IMG/VR virus record: IMGVR_UViG_3300035561_000189
Coordinates: 1-34,945 of that record
Origin: a virus
Taxonomy: Duplodnaviria; Caudoviricetes
Direction: 5' to 3' (one strand)
DNA: 34,945 nt
Positions 1 through 8,418 of the stretch are shown here, one piece after another. Below the pieces are notes generated by a model that saw only the letters and a program-made list of their open reading frames with translations, made no database searches and was not told the DNA's origin. Position numbers and translations under genes: made by a program. Numbering within the stretch: the stretch's first letter is position 1; each line of letters begins with the position of its first letter.

Positions 1-32
1 TCAAACGCTCTGAGCTTCGTATGGTCACGCAT
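1..32 (-). CDS. N-terminus of probable four-helix-bundle (23S rRNA IVP-like) protein, runs off the window
   Basis: ATG at 32 with AGGAGG RBS; translation MRDHTKLRAF resembles N-termini of this family; CTACAGC heptamer repeats upstream. Confidence 0.55.
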   Translation of the reverse strand, partial: MRDHTKLRAF

Positions 33-40
33 AATTTCCT

Positions 41-73
41 CCTACAGCCTAATTGTCTACAGCCTACAGCCTG
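41..73. repeat. short CTACAGC heptamer repeats
   Basis: cctacagcct aattgt ctacagcctacagcctg. Confidence 0.6.
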
Positions 74-165
74 AATAGTTACTGTTTTTGATTATTTTCA
101 CGTTATAATTTATTTAACAGGCGATCGCATGCTTTTGGCCAATTGCGCCGGAAGCAAAGCACAAG

Positions 166-206
166 AAAAAGCCAGGCAAGGATCACATTCTTTCCTGGCT
201 TTTTTA
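166..206. terminator. probable intrinsic terminator hairpin
   Basis: AAAAAGCCAGG...CCTGGCTTTTTT inverted repeat with A/T tails. Confidence 0.5.
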
Positions 207-328
207 CGGCTTAACGGTCGCATGTATATTTATTTACCGCGGGAGGAATAATGTAGGAGTCTTACTTCTCTCTTCTCGTTATAGCCTGGAAACGGGCTGC
301 CTTCGCTTTTTGGCGAGGGTATTTTTTT

Positions 329-556
329 CTATCTCAAGTATCTCCCCACAGGCTTTTTGCGGAAGAAAAGCAGGTAAATAATTTCTAAGATACCTACGGT
401 GTTAACAATACAAAGAACTATATACCATATTGTCTGAGTGCTGCGGGCGGAATGCCATAAAGCAAGCGCTTTCCAGAATACTGACCAGGCAATTAAAAGA
501 AAGAATAAAAACCGATGTTCTTGGATCATCTGGAATATCTGTATTGCATCGTTCAT
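329..556 (-). CDS. small membrane protein, DUF5652-like
   Basis: WSVFWKALALWHSAR...W..VNTVGILEIIYL pattern; GGAGGAG RBS before ATG at 556. Confidence 0.75.
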   Translation of the reverse strand: MNDAIQIFQMIQEHRFLFFLLIAWSVFWKALALWHSARSTQTIWYIVLCIVNTVGILEIIYLLFFRKKPVGRYLR

Positions 557-632
557 ATAAATACTCCTCCTCCTCCTCCTCAAACATCCCCTTTAATAAT
601 ATCAAAAACATAAACTTGGAACAATAAAATTA

Positions 633-1082
633 TTATCTTATCCTTATCAGATAAAATTTTATTTTACTGATTACAAAAACACTGACTACAATTGCAATTG
701 TTATAATTATTTCTAGAGGTTTGCTTATGTATTGGCCGACAATGCGATCGCTGCAAATAAGCTCCGCCGCAACCATACTTAATATAATTGCCCCAACATA
801 TACTAACAGTGGGTACTTATCCATAAAACCTGCGATTTTTTGGCTGAAGAACATTAAAATTGGAACGCTGAGCAAAAGGCCGAAAATTACCAGCCTGATT
901 TCTCCGTGGCTCGCCCCGCTAATCGCTAAAATGTTATCAAGGCTCATGCTGAAGTCAGCGATAATAATTATTTTAATTGCATGGATCAGTCTTGTCGGTG
1001 AATCTATATTGGCATTTTGGGCTCTCTTGGAAAAAGTATCAATAAGCACAATTAGGGCAAGATCTGCGAAAGCAGTTTCCAT
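633..1082 (-). pseudogene. TerC/YjbE-family membrane protein with apparent internal deletion
   Basis: C-terminal half IIIADFSMSLDNILAISGA...VYVGAIIL is TerC-like; N-terminal LIVLID is not followed by the usual first DN motif; only 149 aa. Confidence 0.6.
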
Positions 1083-1291
1083 TTTTTCACCTAATTTATT
1101 AGTACAAGGATTTGCCTTAATATATTTATTCAAGCAATACAAGCTTTATTAATTTCCATAGCTGGAAAGAATTAAAAAGGATTCTTTGCCTCTTGTTATC
1201 GACCTTTTATAATAATCGCATTTAACAAAGCTTTAACCTGCGAATTTCGGGATAAATTTTATCCAACGCAAAATAAATCCAACGCAAAAAC

Positions 1292-1319
1292 AAAAAGACT
1301 TCCAAATCCCGGAAGCCTT
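1292..1319 (-). terminator. intrinsic terminator downstream of the tRNA 3' end
   Basis: minus strand AAGGCTTCC-GGGATTT-GGAAGTCTTTTT. Confidence 0.6.
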
Positions 1320-1327
1320 GATTTATC

Positions 1328-1393
1328 TGGCGGGAGTGTGTGAGAATCGAACTCACCCGGGATGCTCTTCACACCCCACGGCTGGTTTTGAAG
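1328..1393 (-). pseudogene. selC: 3' half of tRNA-Sec, probable prophage att core
   Basis: minus strand CTTCAAA (UCA anticodon loop), ACCAG, long variable arm, GGTGAGTTCGATTCTCAC T-arm, ...CTCCCGCCA end; the 5' acceptor/D-arm half is absent and similarity breaks at the anticodon loop. Confidence 0.85.
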
Positions 1394-1495
1394 TTCGGTC
1401 GCAAGGTATTCGTGGGATTCTGTTACATGCCGAAGCATTGATATGTCTGTGTTTATAATATTTAAACATTGCTTAGAATACCGTCTTATCCAACA

Positions 1496-2683
1496 TTATG
1501 TTGGATGTTTTGTTAGATGATTTTTAACCTTAGAAAACAATTTTTCATCAAGCTTCTCCGCAACCTCCCTCTGTACCCCTGGAAAAAGATGGCCGTAAAT
1601 GTCCATCGTGGTCCCGATCCGGCTGTGGCGGAGCCGTTCGCAGACCACTTTCGGATGAAACCCCATCCTGATTAAATGTGAAGCGTGGGTGTGTCGCAAA
1701 TCGTGAAAACGTATATGCGGCAACCCGTGCTTTTTCAGCAGCCGGGCGAAGGCGTCCGAAAACGTGCCCGGGTGCCATCTTCTCCCGTCCTCTCGGCAGC
1801 AGATCAAATCTTCATCTAACCATAATTCTCCCGCCTCAGTCTTGGCCCGCTCCTGCTGATGCTTGTGTGCAATCAATTCCTGCGCAATACTTTCCGGAAT
1901 GTCCAAAACGGCCCAGCTCGTTTCTGTTTTTACTTCGTCGAAAAGCGGGCCTTTGGAAGTATCCAAGAGGGATTCGTCTATGGTGATTGTTTTTGCCTTC
2001 TGGTCGAAGTCCGGCCAGCGCAGACCCAGCACTTCCCCGCGCCTTAATCCGGTGGCCAGGGTGATTATAACCGGGATATAGAGGAGTGTTCCTTCGGCAG
2101 CCTCGATAAGTCTGGCCACATCCGCTTCATCGTAAACCTTCGCCCGGTATTTTCCCATCTTTGGCGCCTCTACTAAGTCACAGGGATTATAGCTAATTAA
2201 TCTCTGCTTATAAGCAGTTTGTAACACGCGGTGAAGCAAAGCATGGTGGTGGCGGACAGTAGTAGTAGAAAGAGATTTATCTTTTCTCCTGGAATCTTTG
2301 CAGCCGCTGAGCAATGCCTGGGTGTAGTATCCCTGAATATGCACCGGCTGGAGTTTAGACAGCTTAATACGTCCCAAGGCGGGAATAAGGTGCTTTTCAA
2401 TTATAACCGTATAGCCGTCCACCGTGGTTTGCCGCCGGTTAAGGAGGATAAAATTATCCAACCATTTCTGGAGGTATTCCCCCAGGGTCATATTCCCCGG
2501 ATCAGTGTATGTATTTTGGTCAATGGACGTAAGCATCTCCCGGAGTTTTTTCTCGGCCTCTTTCTTATTTGCCGCTTTTACGGTGACGCTTTTCTGCTTG
2601 CGCCGCTGGCCCGGATCCCGGGGGAGGTCAAAAATTAACTCCCAGGAGCCGCTTTTCAGTTGTCGAACGTAGCCCTTTGCCAT
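1496..2683 (-). CDS. int: tyrosine recombinase / phage integrase
   Basis: TGLRRGE, HDLRH, HS and Y (DIYGH) catalytic motifs; N-terminal arm-binding region. Confidence 0.95.
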   Translation of the reverse strand: MAKGYVRQLKSGSWELIFDLPRDPGQRRKQKSVTVKAANKKEAEKKLREMLTSIDQNTYTDPGNMTLGEYLQKWLDNFILLNRRQTTVDGYTVIIEKHLIPALGRIKLSKLQPVHIQGYYTQALLSGCKDSRRKDKSLSTTTVRHHHALLHRVLQTAYKQRLISYNPCDLVEAPKMGKYRAKVYDEADVARLIEAAEGTLLYIPVIITLATGLRRGEVLGLRWPDFDQKAKTITIDESLLDTSKGPLFDEVKTETSWAVLDIPESIAQELIAHKHQQERAKTEAGELWLDEDLICCREDGRRWHPGTFSDAFARLLKKHGLPHIRFHDLRHTHASHLIRMGFHPKVVCERLRHSRIGTTMDIYGHLFPGVQREVAEKLDEKLFSKVKNHLTKHPT

Positions 2684-2737
2684 GGCGTCCAGCCTCTCTG
2701 TTCTGTTGATAAGTAAAAGTTAAAACAAATTTTACTT

Positions 2738-3574
2738 CTAATTTTCCTCTTTTGTTTTGCCTTTTATTTTCTTGATTTTTCTTTCAATCTTTTTAATATC
2801 TTCTTCAACAGGTAAATTTTCAGGCATTGTACCACCAAGTTCTTGTATAGTTTGGCGTACTTTTTTGCCTACAAAATAATGTGTATCATTAGCTTTGTCT
2901 TTGCCTTGAATTTTTTCACGTCGGATTTTCTCTTCAGTTTGTGTTGCCCTGAAAAGATTTGCTGCCAATTCTGTACTTCCCATATGATCTAAAATCTTCT
3001 GCGATTTTTTTAAGCCCTTATGGTGCTGAATATCTTTTTGGTCCAACCCACCGTAAAGACCCCTGTATCCGTGGTTTTGGAAAATAGCAAAGTCTAAACT
3101 TGTTTCCACGCCGGCTTCTTTGGCGGCACTGGCCAGGAATACGTTGTGTTTCTTTAGTTCCTCCCTTAGCATTAGCCGTTTCTCATCTTCAGGCAATTGT
3201 TCAAATACTTCCTGTTTCCTTGTCTGAATTGCAAAATAAGTTTGTCCCAAAGCTACCATTGGCTTTTTGGGATCTGCATTTTGTATAACTAAGTAGCAAG
3301 CATAGCGGGAAAGTAAATAATCTTTAACCTCCCTTTTTCCACCTTTACCAATGTTTATCATATCGGTGACTTCAACGAAATGATCAAAGACGTTATGGCC
3401 ACTATTTACACATGATTTAACTGCTTTATGGATAGCGTTCTCAAAATTCCTAAAGTCATTATACTCAAGTATTTGCATTAGCTCTCTGGCTGTCCAGTAT
3501 TCCATTCCTTCGTCATTAATTTTTTTAATTCTTTCAAAGGGAGATTTTAAGTTGACTTTAACAGGCTTATCCAT
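2738..3574 (-). CDS. dinD: DNA damage-inducible protein D (BRO-N-like N-terminus)
   Basis: EYWTARELM...LSRYACYLVIQNADPKK...AIFQNHGYRGLYGG...MGSTELAANLFRATQTEEK...GGTMPENLP. Confidence 0.9.
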   Translation of the reverse strand: MDKPVKVNLKSPFERIKKINDEGMEYWTARELMQILEYNDFRNFENAIHKAVKSCVNSGHNVFDHFVEVTDMINIGKGGKREVKDYLLSRYACYLVIQNADPKKPMVALGQTYFAIQTRKQEVFEQLPEDEKRLMLREELKKHNVFLASAAKEAGVETSLDFAIFQNHGYRGLYGGLDQKDIQHHKGLKKSQKILDHMGSTELAANLFRATQTEEKIRREKIQGKDKANDTHYFVGKKVRQTIQELGGTMPENLPVEEDIKKIERKIKKIKGKTKEEN

Positions 3575-3667
3575 ATGTATCACTCTTTCCAAATTTTGCT
3601 TTGTTCAATATATTACTTCACGGCATATGCCGCTATTACTTCCTTAAAAAACTCATCCGCTTTTGTT

Positions 3668-4111
3668 TCAAATAACAACCCTGTATCGCATCATTTCCAC
3701 CGGCAACCCCATTCTGGCAGCGAAATGCTCTACAGTCTCCTCGATTTCCGGCTCTTCGCCCCAGGTAAGCAATTCTACGGTAAACCTGTTAGCTTCGTAC
3801 TCTACCTTTGATTCCATTAAAGTGTGTTCCGCAAGGAAGAAATACCCCATCCCCTGCGGAGATAATTGCCGGTGACCGAGTTCATGGGCCAGTACGACCC
3901 GTTTTAGCCATTCCGGGAGGTTCGAGTTAAGGACAATAGTAACCTTACCAGTTATTTCGAGAATAAGACCTTTAATCCGACGGAAGGGAAATTCGTCTAC
4001 GTCGATACCCATGGCCTGGGCCATGCGGTAGGGGTCACGGGTTTCATGATCTTTTATTAATTGCTCGACCGATTGCTTGATATAATTCAATGGGGTTACC
4101 TGCTTGTCCAT
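3668..4111 (-). CDS. ImmA/IrrE-family Zn metallopeptidase (anti-repressor); start uncertain (4111 ATG or 4090 TTG)
   Basis: LAHELGH and EYEANRF motifs; position in the lysogeny module. Confidence 0.88.
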   Translation of the reverse strand: MDKQVTPLNYIKQSVEQLIKDHETRDPYRMAQAMGIDVDEFPFRRIKGLILEITGKVTIVLNSNLPEWLKRVVLAHELGHRQLSPQGMGYFFLAEHTLMESKVEYEANRFTVELLTWGEEPEIEETVEHFAARMGLPVEMMRYRVVI

Positions 4112-4189
4112 ACAAACAGTATTATTTTTAACCTTACCTGGCATGCAAGCTGGTTTGCTTTTTCTCAAGACGTTTCTTCCGCCTTTCAA

Positions 4190-4246
4190 GAGGTAAGTAA
4201 GGATGTCTTCCTTATCTTCCTCATCCAGGGGTGCGCCGTCAAAATG
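4190..4246 (-). pseudogene. relic copy of the repressor 3' end
   Basis: translates HFDGAPLDEEDKEDILTYL versus YFDGAPLDEEDKEDIMTYL in the repressor at 5392..5820. Confidence 0.85.
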
Positions 4247-5392
4247 TTAGTTCTCCTTGTCTTTGTTTATTTCCTTATAACTCCTAAGAATTAAATCACC
4301 TAATATATGTAAATCGTCAAGGGAATTAATGTAAATCCTGCTACTGTTTTCGCCATATCCCTTTGGTGCTGCTTCGATCTTTAAATTGTCTGCAAGAGGG
4401 CCAGCAATCTCTATCGGCAATCTAACAACTAAATATTTATTTGAACTTTCTAAGCTCAATCGAATAAACCAATTCAAAATAGACTTTATATATATTCCAA
4501 AGTAATTAACTGTATCTTTATACTGAAGCTCGGAAATATCTTTGCCGTTGCTGACCAGTATTTTCTTGATAATTTCAAATCCTTTTAACTCTTCTTCGGT
4601 GGTTGATACTTGCTTTTTGGCTACCTGTTCTTCTTTTTCTACTTCCTCGGTTTGGCCTATGGTTTTTTCCTCTTCTGCCGGCGCGGTTTCTTGATAAAAA
4701 ATTCCTTGACTCACTATATCTAAAATTGCATTTGAAATAGACTTCCTAACAATTGGCCTGAACCGTTCTATTACATTACTTGTTATTTTAGTATCACTTA
4801 AATTTTTGATTAACAACCTTATAAAATCATCAGATGGATTTTTAAGGAGCTCTTTTAGTTTTGCATTAAGATTAGAAGTGTAAATGAGATCTTCAGCGTA
4901 TTTAACAAGTGATTCAACTTCAAAAGCTTCTTTCCTAAATCTGGTTAAAACTTCTACATCATTTGCTGATAAATCAGTGATATTTATCACCGCGAAAGGA
5001 TTTTCGTCCATGATATTATTTGAATCAATATCAGTGAAAAACTTGTATATAACTCCATTGGTAATAATGGCAAGTTTGACCTCCGGAGTAGCATTAAAAT
5101 ATCGGGCTAATTGTGAATCATAAGAATCAAGGTTATCTGTAACTGCTTTTGCTTCTATAAAAATAATTGGTTTGCCATCTTTAAAAATTGCATAGTCTAC
5201 TTTTTCACCTTTCTTTTTACCAAAATCTGAAATAAATTCCGGTTTGACTTCTAACGGATTGAATACATCATATCCAAGAACCTGTAAAAATGGAATAATT
5301 AAAGCCTGTTTGGTCATCTCTTCATTGGTTATATGTTGTTTTCTTTCAAGGATTTGAACTGAAAGTTTTTGAAACTCTTCTTTAAAGGACAT
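4247..5392 (-). CDS. HsdR N-terminal-domain (type I restriction-like PD-(D/E)xK) protein
   Basis: EEMTKQALIIPFLQVLGYD...VDYAI...IFIEAK...QLARYF...IITNG; TAATG overlap with the repressor stop; AT-rich. Confidence 0.85.
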   Translation of the reverse strand: MSFKEEFQKLSVQILERKQHITNEEMTKQALIIPFLQVLGYDVFNPLEVKPEFISDFGKKKGEKVDYAIFKDGKPIIFIEAKAVTDNLDSYDSQLARYFNATPEVKLAIITNGVIYKFFTDIDSNNIMDENPFAVINITDLSANDVEVLTRFRKEAFEVESLVKYAEDLIYTSNLNAKLKELLKNPSDDFIRLLIKNLSDTKITSNVIERFRPIVRKSISNAILDIVSQGIFYQETAPAEEEKTIGQTEEVEKEEQVAKKQVSTTEEELKGFEIIKKILVSNGKDISELQYKDTVNYFGIYIKSILNWFIRLSLESSNKYLVVRLPIEIAGPLADNLKIEAAPKGYGENSSRIYINSLDDLHILGDLILRSYKEINKDKEN

Positions 5393-5820
5393 TATCGCCC
5401 CTCCTTCTCTCGTTTTCTTCTTTCTCTTTCCCATTTCACGCTAAGATAGGTCATGATATCTTCCTTGTCTTCTTCGTCCAGTGGTGCTCCATCGAAGTAA
5501 ATATTTGCATTCTTTAGAAACTCCTCTAGTTCTACATTAGTTGGTGGAGTATTTCTATTCCACCAAGAGGGAATAGAGGGATCAGGCAATTTGGGATTGT
5601 TGGTGCTGTCCAGGAGCCAATCAACAGAAACTTCATATAACTGGGCAAGTTGCCTTAATAGGGCAGTGTCCGGATCCCTTTCGCCTCGTTCGTAATTTGA
5701 TAGAGCCTGGCTTGTGACCCCATTTAATAATTTTGCAACATATATCTGGGACCATCCTTTGTTTTCCCTGGCAAGTTTCAGCCTTCGTCCCAGTTGTTTT
5801 TTATTTGTTTCCAAAACCAT
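5392..5820 (-). CDS. Xre/ImmR-like HTH repressor (no peptidase domain)
   Basis: RLKLARENKGWSQ...SQALSNYERGERDP HTH; divergent from the cro-like gene. Confidence 0.9.
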   Translation of the reverse strand: MVLETNKKQLGRRLKLARENKGWSQIYVAKLLNGVTSQALSNYERGERDPDTALLRQLAQLYEVSVDWLLDSTNNPKLPDPSIPSWWNRNTPPTNVELEEFLKNANIYFDGAPLDEEDKEDIMTYLSVKWERERRKREKEGR

Positions 5821-5887
5821 ATTATTCATACCTCTTTACAGTTTCTAATTGGAATTATATCAGCATTAAACATGGAGAAAAATATTT

Positions 5888-5968
5888 TTAACAAAAAGTT
5901 GATTTATCTATTGACATCAACAAACCGTTTAATTTATAATTAAGTCATGTTTAAACGTAGCGTTTAAA
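5888..5968. promoter_or_regulatory. lysis/lysogeny switch: rightward sigma-A promoter and three operators
   Basis: TTGACA (5911) 18 bp TATAAT (5935); TNAAC-N5-GTTNA palindromes at 5888, 5917 and 5952 (perfect TTTAAACGTAGCGTTTAAA arms); leftward TGATATAAT near 5854-5862. Confidence 0.75.
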
Positions 5969-5980
5969 TGGGGTGATAAA

Positions 5981-6247
5981 ATGACCATAGGAGAAAAAAT
6001 TAAATTCTTAAGAACTAGTAAGGGAGTTAGCCAGGTTTATATAGCTAATAAACTTGGAAAAACTCCTCAATGGCTTAGTAATATTGAAAAAGATCGCAGG
6101 AAGATTAGCATTAGCGAATTGGAGCAAGTAGCTGAAATTCTAGGGGTCGAGACAGCAATTTTTTTTGACAAAGAAATAAACGAAACGTTTAACCAACTTC
6201 CCACTCCCGACCTCACTAACTGCCTCGACCTAACCGGGACGGAATAG
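5981..6247 (+). CDS. Cro-like HTH regulator
   Basis: IGEKIKFLRTSKGVSQ...QWLSNIE HTH; first gene after the rightward promoter. Confidence 0.85.
   Translation: MTIGEKIKFLRTSKGVSQVYIANKLGKTPQWLSNIEKDRRKISISELEQVAEILGVETAIFFDKEINETFNQLPTPDLTNCLDLTGTE
6177..6191. promoter_or_regulatory. fourth operator-like site inside cro
   Basis: TAAACGAAACGTTTA matches the switch consensus. Confidence 0.55.
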
Positions 6248-6282
6248 AAGACGCGAGGATGCGATATAAGGAGGCGGTGTCC

Positions 6283-6567
6283 TTGCCAAACTGCTTGAAC
6301 TGCAAAACGAAACTGCCTGAAAACGCTAAATTTTGTCCGGATTGCGGAGCGAAAGCTCCGGAGATTGAGCCGGTTACCCAGGCATCCGACCCGCTGCGCG
6401 GGTACCCGCCGGTATTAGAGCCAAAGCAAGTAGCTGAGATACTGGGCATCGGGTTATGTAGGTTGTATGAACATTTCCGGGCTGGTGACATACCGGCAAA
6501 AAAGCTGGGCCGCCGGTGGCGGATATCGACCAGGAAGTTTTTCGAGTGGCTGGAGACTGCTGGTTAG
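6283..6567 (+). CDS. excisionase-like HTH with N-terminal zinc ribbon
   Basis: CLNC...FCPDCG then LEPKQVAEILGI...IPAKKLGRRWRI; AGGAGG RBS. Confidence 0.8.
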   Translation: MPNCLNCKTKLPENAKFCPDCGAKAPEIEPVTQASDPLRGYPPVLEPKQVAEILGIGLCRLYEHFRAGDIPAKKLGRRWRISTRKFFEWLETAG

Positions 6568-6612
6568 CAGTCAGGTGTACCTTGAAAACTGAATAAGGGG
6601 AGGTGAACCAAA

Positions 6613-6813
6613 ATGATTCTCAAAGCTGGAACATATACCATGCACTGCGCCTTCTGCGGCGAACCGTCCCCGGCGCCGGTATGCGCAAAGTGTCAGCAAA
6701 AGATTGACGAGCTGACGACCAGGGAAGTGGCGCGCAACCAGAGGGGGCGGCTGGTTCAGCGGAAACTGACGGCGTATCGCAACTTCCCGAAAGGGCCGGA
6801 GGTGACCGCATAA
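6613..6813 (+). CDS. hypothetical phage protein (CxxC x2)
   Basis: GGAGGTG RBS; CAFC and CAKC. Confidence 0.65.
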   Translation: MILKAGTYTMHCAFCGEPSPAPVCAKCQQKIDELTTREVARNQRGRLVQRKLTAYRNFPKGPEVTA

Positions 6814-6844
6814 GTTACCAGAGAAGTGAAAAGAGGCGTATAAC

Positions 6845-7057
6845 ATGGAAATCTGGCGCTATTGCTACGTTTGCGGCAGCAAGAAGCCGGCCAAGGGAAT
6901 GAGACGTATCCCTGTGAACGGCCATTCCAGAAATGTATGCAAGAACTGCTTCGAGGACTACCAGGAAAGGACTCAATATCATCACCACGAAAAGGAGGAA
7001 AAGGTTGTGATCGAGCGCGACGAATCCGGTTTTGTCCGATATATCCCGGAGGTGTAA
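6845..7057 (+). CDS. hypothetical phage protein (Zn finger-like)
   Basis: GAGG RBS; CYVC and CKNC. Confidence 0.65.
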   Translation: MEIWRYCYVCGSKKPAKGMRRIPVNGHSRNVCKNCFEDYQERTQYHHHEKEEKVVIERDESGFVRYIPEV

Positions 7058-7064
7058 CAACAAA

Positions 7065-7226
7065 GTGAAAATCAACGACGCGGTGGTACGCAACTTACCT
7101 CAGTTAGAGGTGCGGGGGCCCCGGGCCCGGCGCCGGTGGGAATGGACCAGGTGCAAACCGCTAATGGTGACGATAGCGGCAATAGCTTTAATTTGTTACC
7201 TGAAATGGGCGGGGTTTGTGAGGTGA
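7065..7226 (+). CDS. small protein with C-terminal hydrophobic helix
   Basis: GGAGGTG RBS, GTG start. Confidence 0.55.
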   Translation: MKINDAVVRNLPQLEVRGPRARRRWEWTRCKPLMVTIAAIALICYLKWAGFVR

Positions 7227-7230
7227 TAAA

Positions 7231-7377
7231 GTGGTAGAGGTGTTTCCCAGTTTGCGTGAGGCTAAAAAGTTTCTTAAAACGCTACCGATAGGAACTCTCT
7301 ATAAAATATTAAACGTTTCAGATGACCAAATATTTGTCTTTTATCATGCAAAGGAGATAACAGCCAATGGCGACTAA
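7231..7377 (+). CDS. hypothetical 48-aa protein (not in ORF track)
   Basis: GAGGTG RBS; MVEVFPSLREAKKFL...; fills the gap in the operon. Confidence 0.55.
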   Translation: MVEVFPSLREAKKFLKTLPIGTLYKILNVSDDQIFVFYHAKEITANGD

Positions 7378-7555
7378 CTTTGACGAATGGAAACAGTCGC
7401 TCACGCCGGAGTTTATTGCGGACGGCAAGTTCATCGTACTGTCCTGCGGCGCTTGCCCGGCGCGCGGAGTAACCTGCAACAAGTACGACACGACCTGCCG
7501 GGGCAACTTCCTGCTCTGGGCAAATACAAAAGTGGAAACGAAGGTATCGGAATGA
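7367..7555 (+). CDS. hypothetical Cys-rich phage protein
   Basis: AAGGAG RBS; CGACPA...C...C. Confidence 0.65.
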   Translation: MATNFDEWKQSLTPEFIADGKFIVLSCGACPARGVTCNKYDTTCRGNFLLWANTKVETKVSE

Positions 7556-7746
7556 CGGATATGAAAACCCGAATAGCGAAGGGGGGTGTTAAGGTGACGC
7601 TAACTATAACCAACCAGCTCAACGACAATTATGCAATCGAATTTTGTCTGGGAGATAAGGAATATATTCTTGAACCAGATGAGGTGATTGAAGTTGAGGT
7701 CAACGATGAAGACTGCATTTGTTTTGATGATGTCCGGGCTCGGTAA
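7552..7746 (+). CDS. hypothetical acidic protein
   Basis: ATGA overlap with the previous gene. Confidence 0.55.
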   Translation: MTDMKTRIAKGGVKVTLTITNQLNDNYAIEFCLGDKEYILEPDEVIEVEVNDEDCICFDDVRAR

Positions 7747-7851
7747 ATCGCTATTTAGGTGGGGAGCTTTCCCCGACGCCTGGCCAAGACGCCGGGGGTG
7801 GAGTGATAAAACTGTGAGGCTTCTACCATTTATTAAACCACAAACAAGGGG

Positions 7852-8418
7852 ATGAAAACCATGTATCGCGATGCTAGAAAATCAGCTAATCTAACCATCG
7901 AAGAGGCGGCTTTCCGGCTGCATATCGCCCCGCGCACTCTCAGCAAATACGAAGCCGGAGAAAACGTTCCCCCGCCGGAAGTGGTCCTGGCCATGTCCAG
8001 GGAATATAAGCAGCCCTGGCTGACGCAGGTTTACTGCCGGGAAAATTGCGCCATTGGAAAAACGTACAGTTACGAAGTGCTGAACAACGTGGCGCTGGAC
8101 CCGCCGAGTATCCTGCTTAAACTGGTGGGCGAGTTGAAAGAAGCGCGGGACTGTCTGGGGCGGCTACTGGAATTGACGGTCAATAAACAGTACCGGCGGG
8201 ACTTCACGCAAGGAGAATGGGAAGAATTTATCAGATGCCTGCTGGAGTTTTTGGACGTGGAACATAATATCGAGACGCTGAAAATCGCCCTGGGCCGGTG
8301 GTGCGATGTGGCGGAAATCGTGGAAATGCACAACGACAAATGCCGGAGGAAAAAGTATGTAAAGAAAGGAGGCAAGCTAATTGGCTGCGGTAGTATATCA
8401 GTTCCCGTCGCTGGATGA
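7852..8418 (+). CDS. Xre-HTH regulator with helical C-terminal domain
   Basis: ARKSANLTIEEAA...RTLSKYEAGENVP. Confidence 0.8.
   Translation: MKTMYRDARKSANLTIEEAAFRLHIAPRTLSKYEAGENVPPPEVVLAMSREYKQPWLTQVYCRENCAIGKTYSYEVLNNVALDPPSILLKLVGELKEARDCLGRLLELTVNKQYRRDFTQGEWEEFIRCLLEFLDVEHNIETLKIALGRWCDVAEIVEMHNDKCRRKKYVKKGGKLIGCGSISVPVAG

Noticed and set aside
1328-1425. Intact tRNA-Sec
   Set aside because: The 5' acceptor strand, D-arm and 5' anticodon stem are missing.
2661-2667. 0A box (TGTCGAA) near the int start
   Set aside because: A single 7-mer inside coding sequence is expected by chance in 35 kb.
4247-4249. Selenocysteine or programmed read-through fusing HsdR-N to ImmA
   Set aside because: The stop is TAA, not TGA; in-frame continuity has a one-in-three chance probability.
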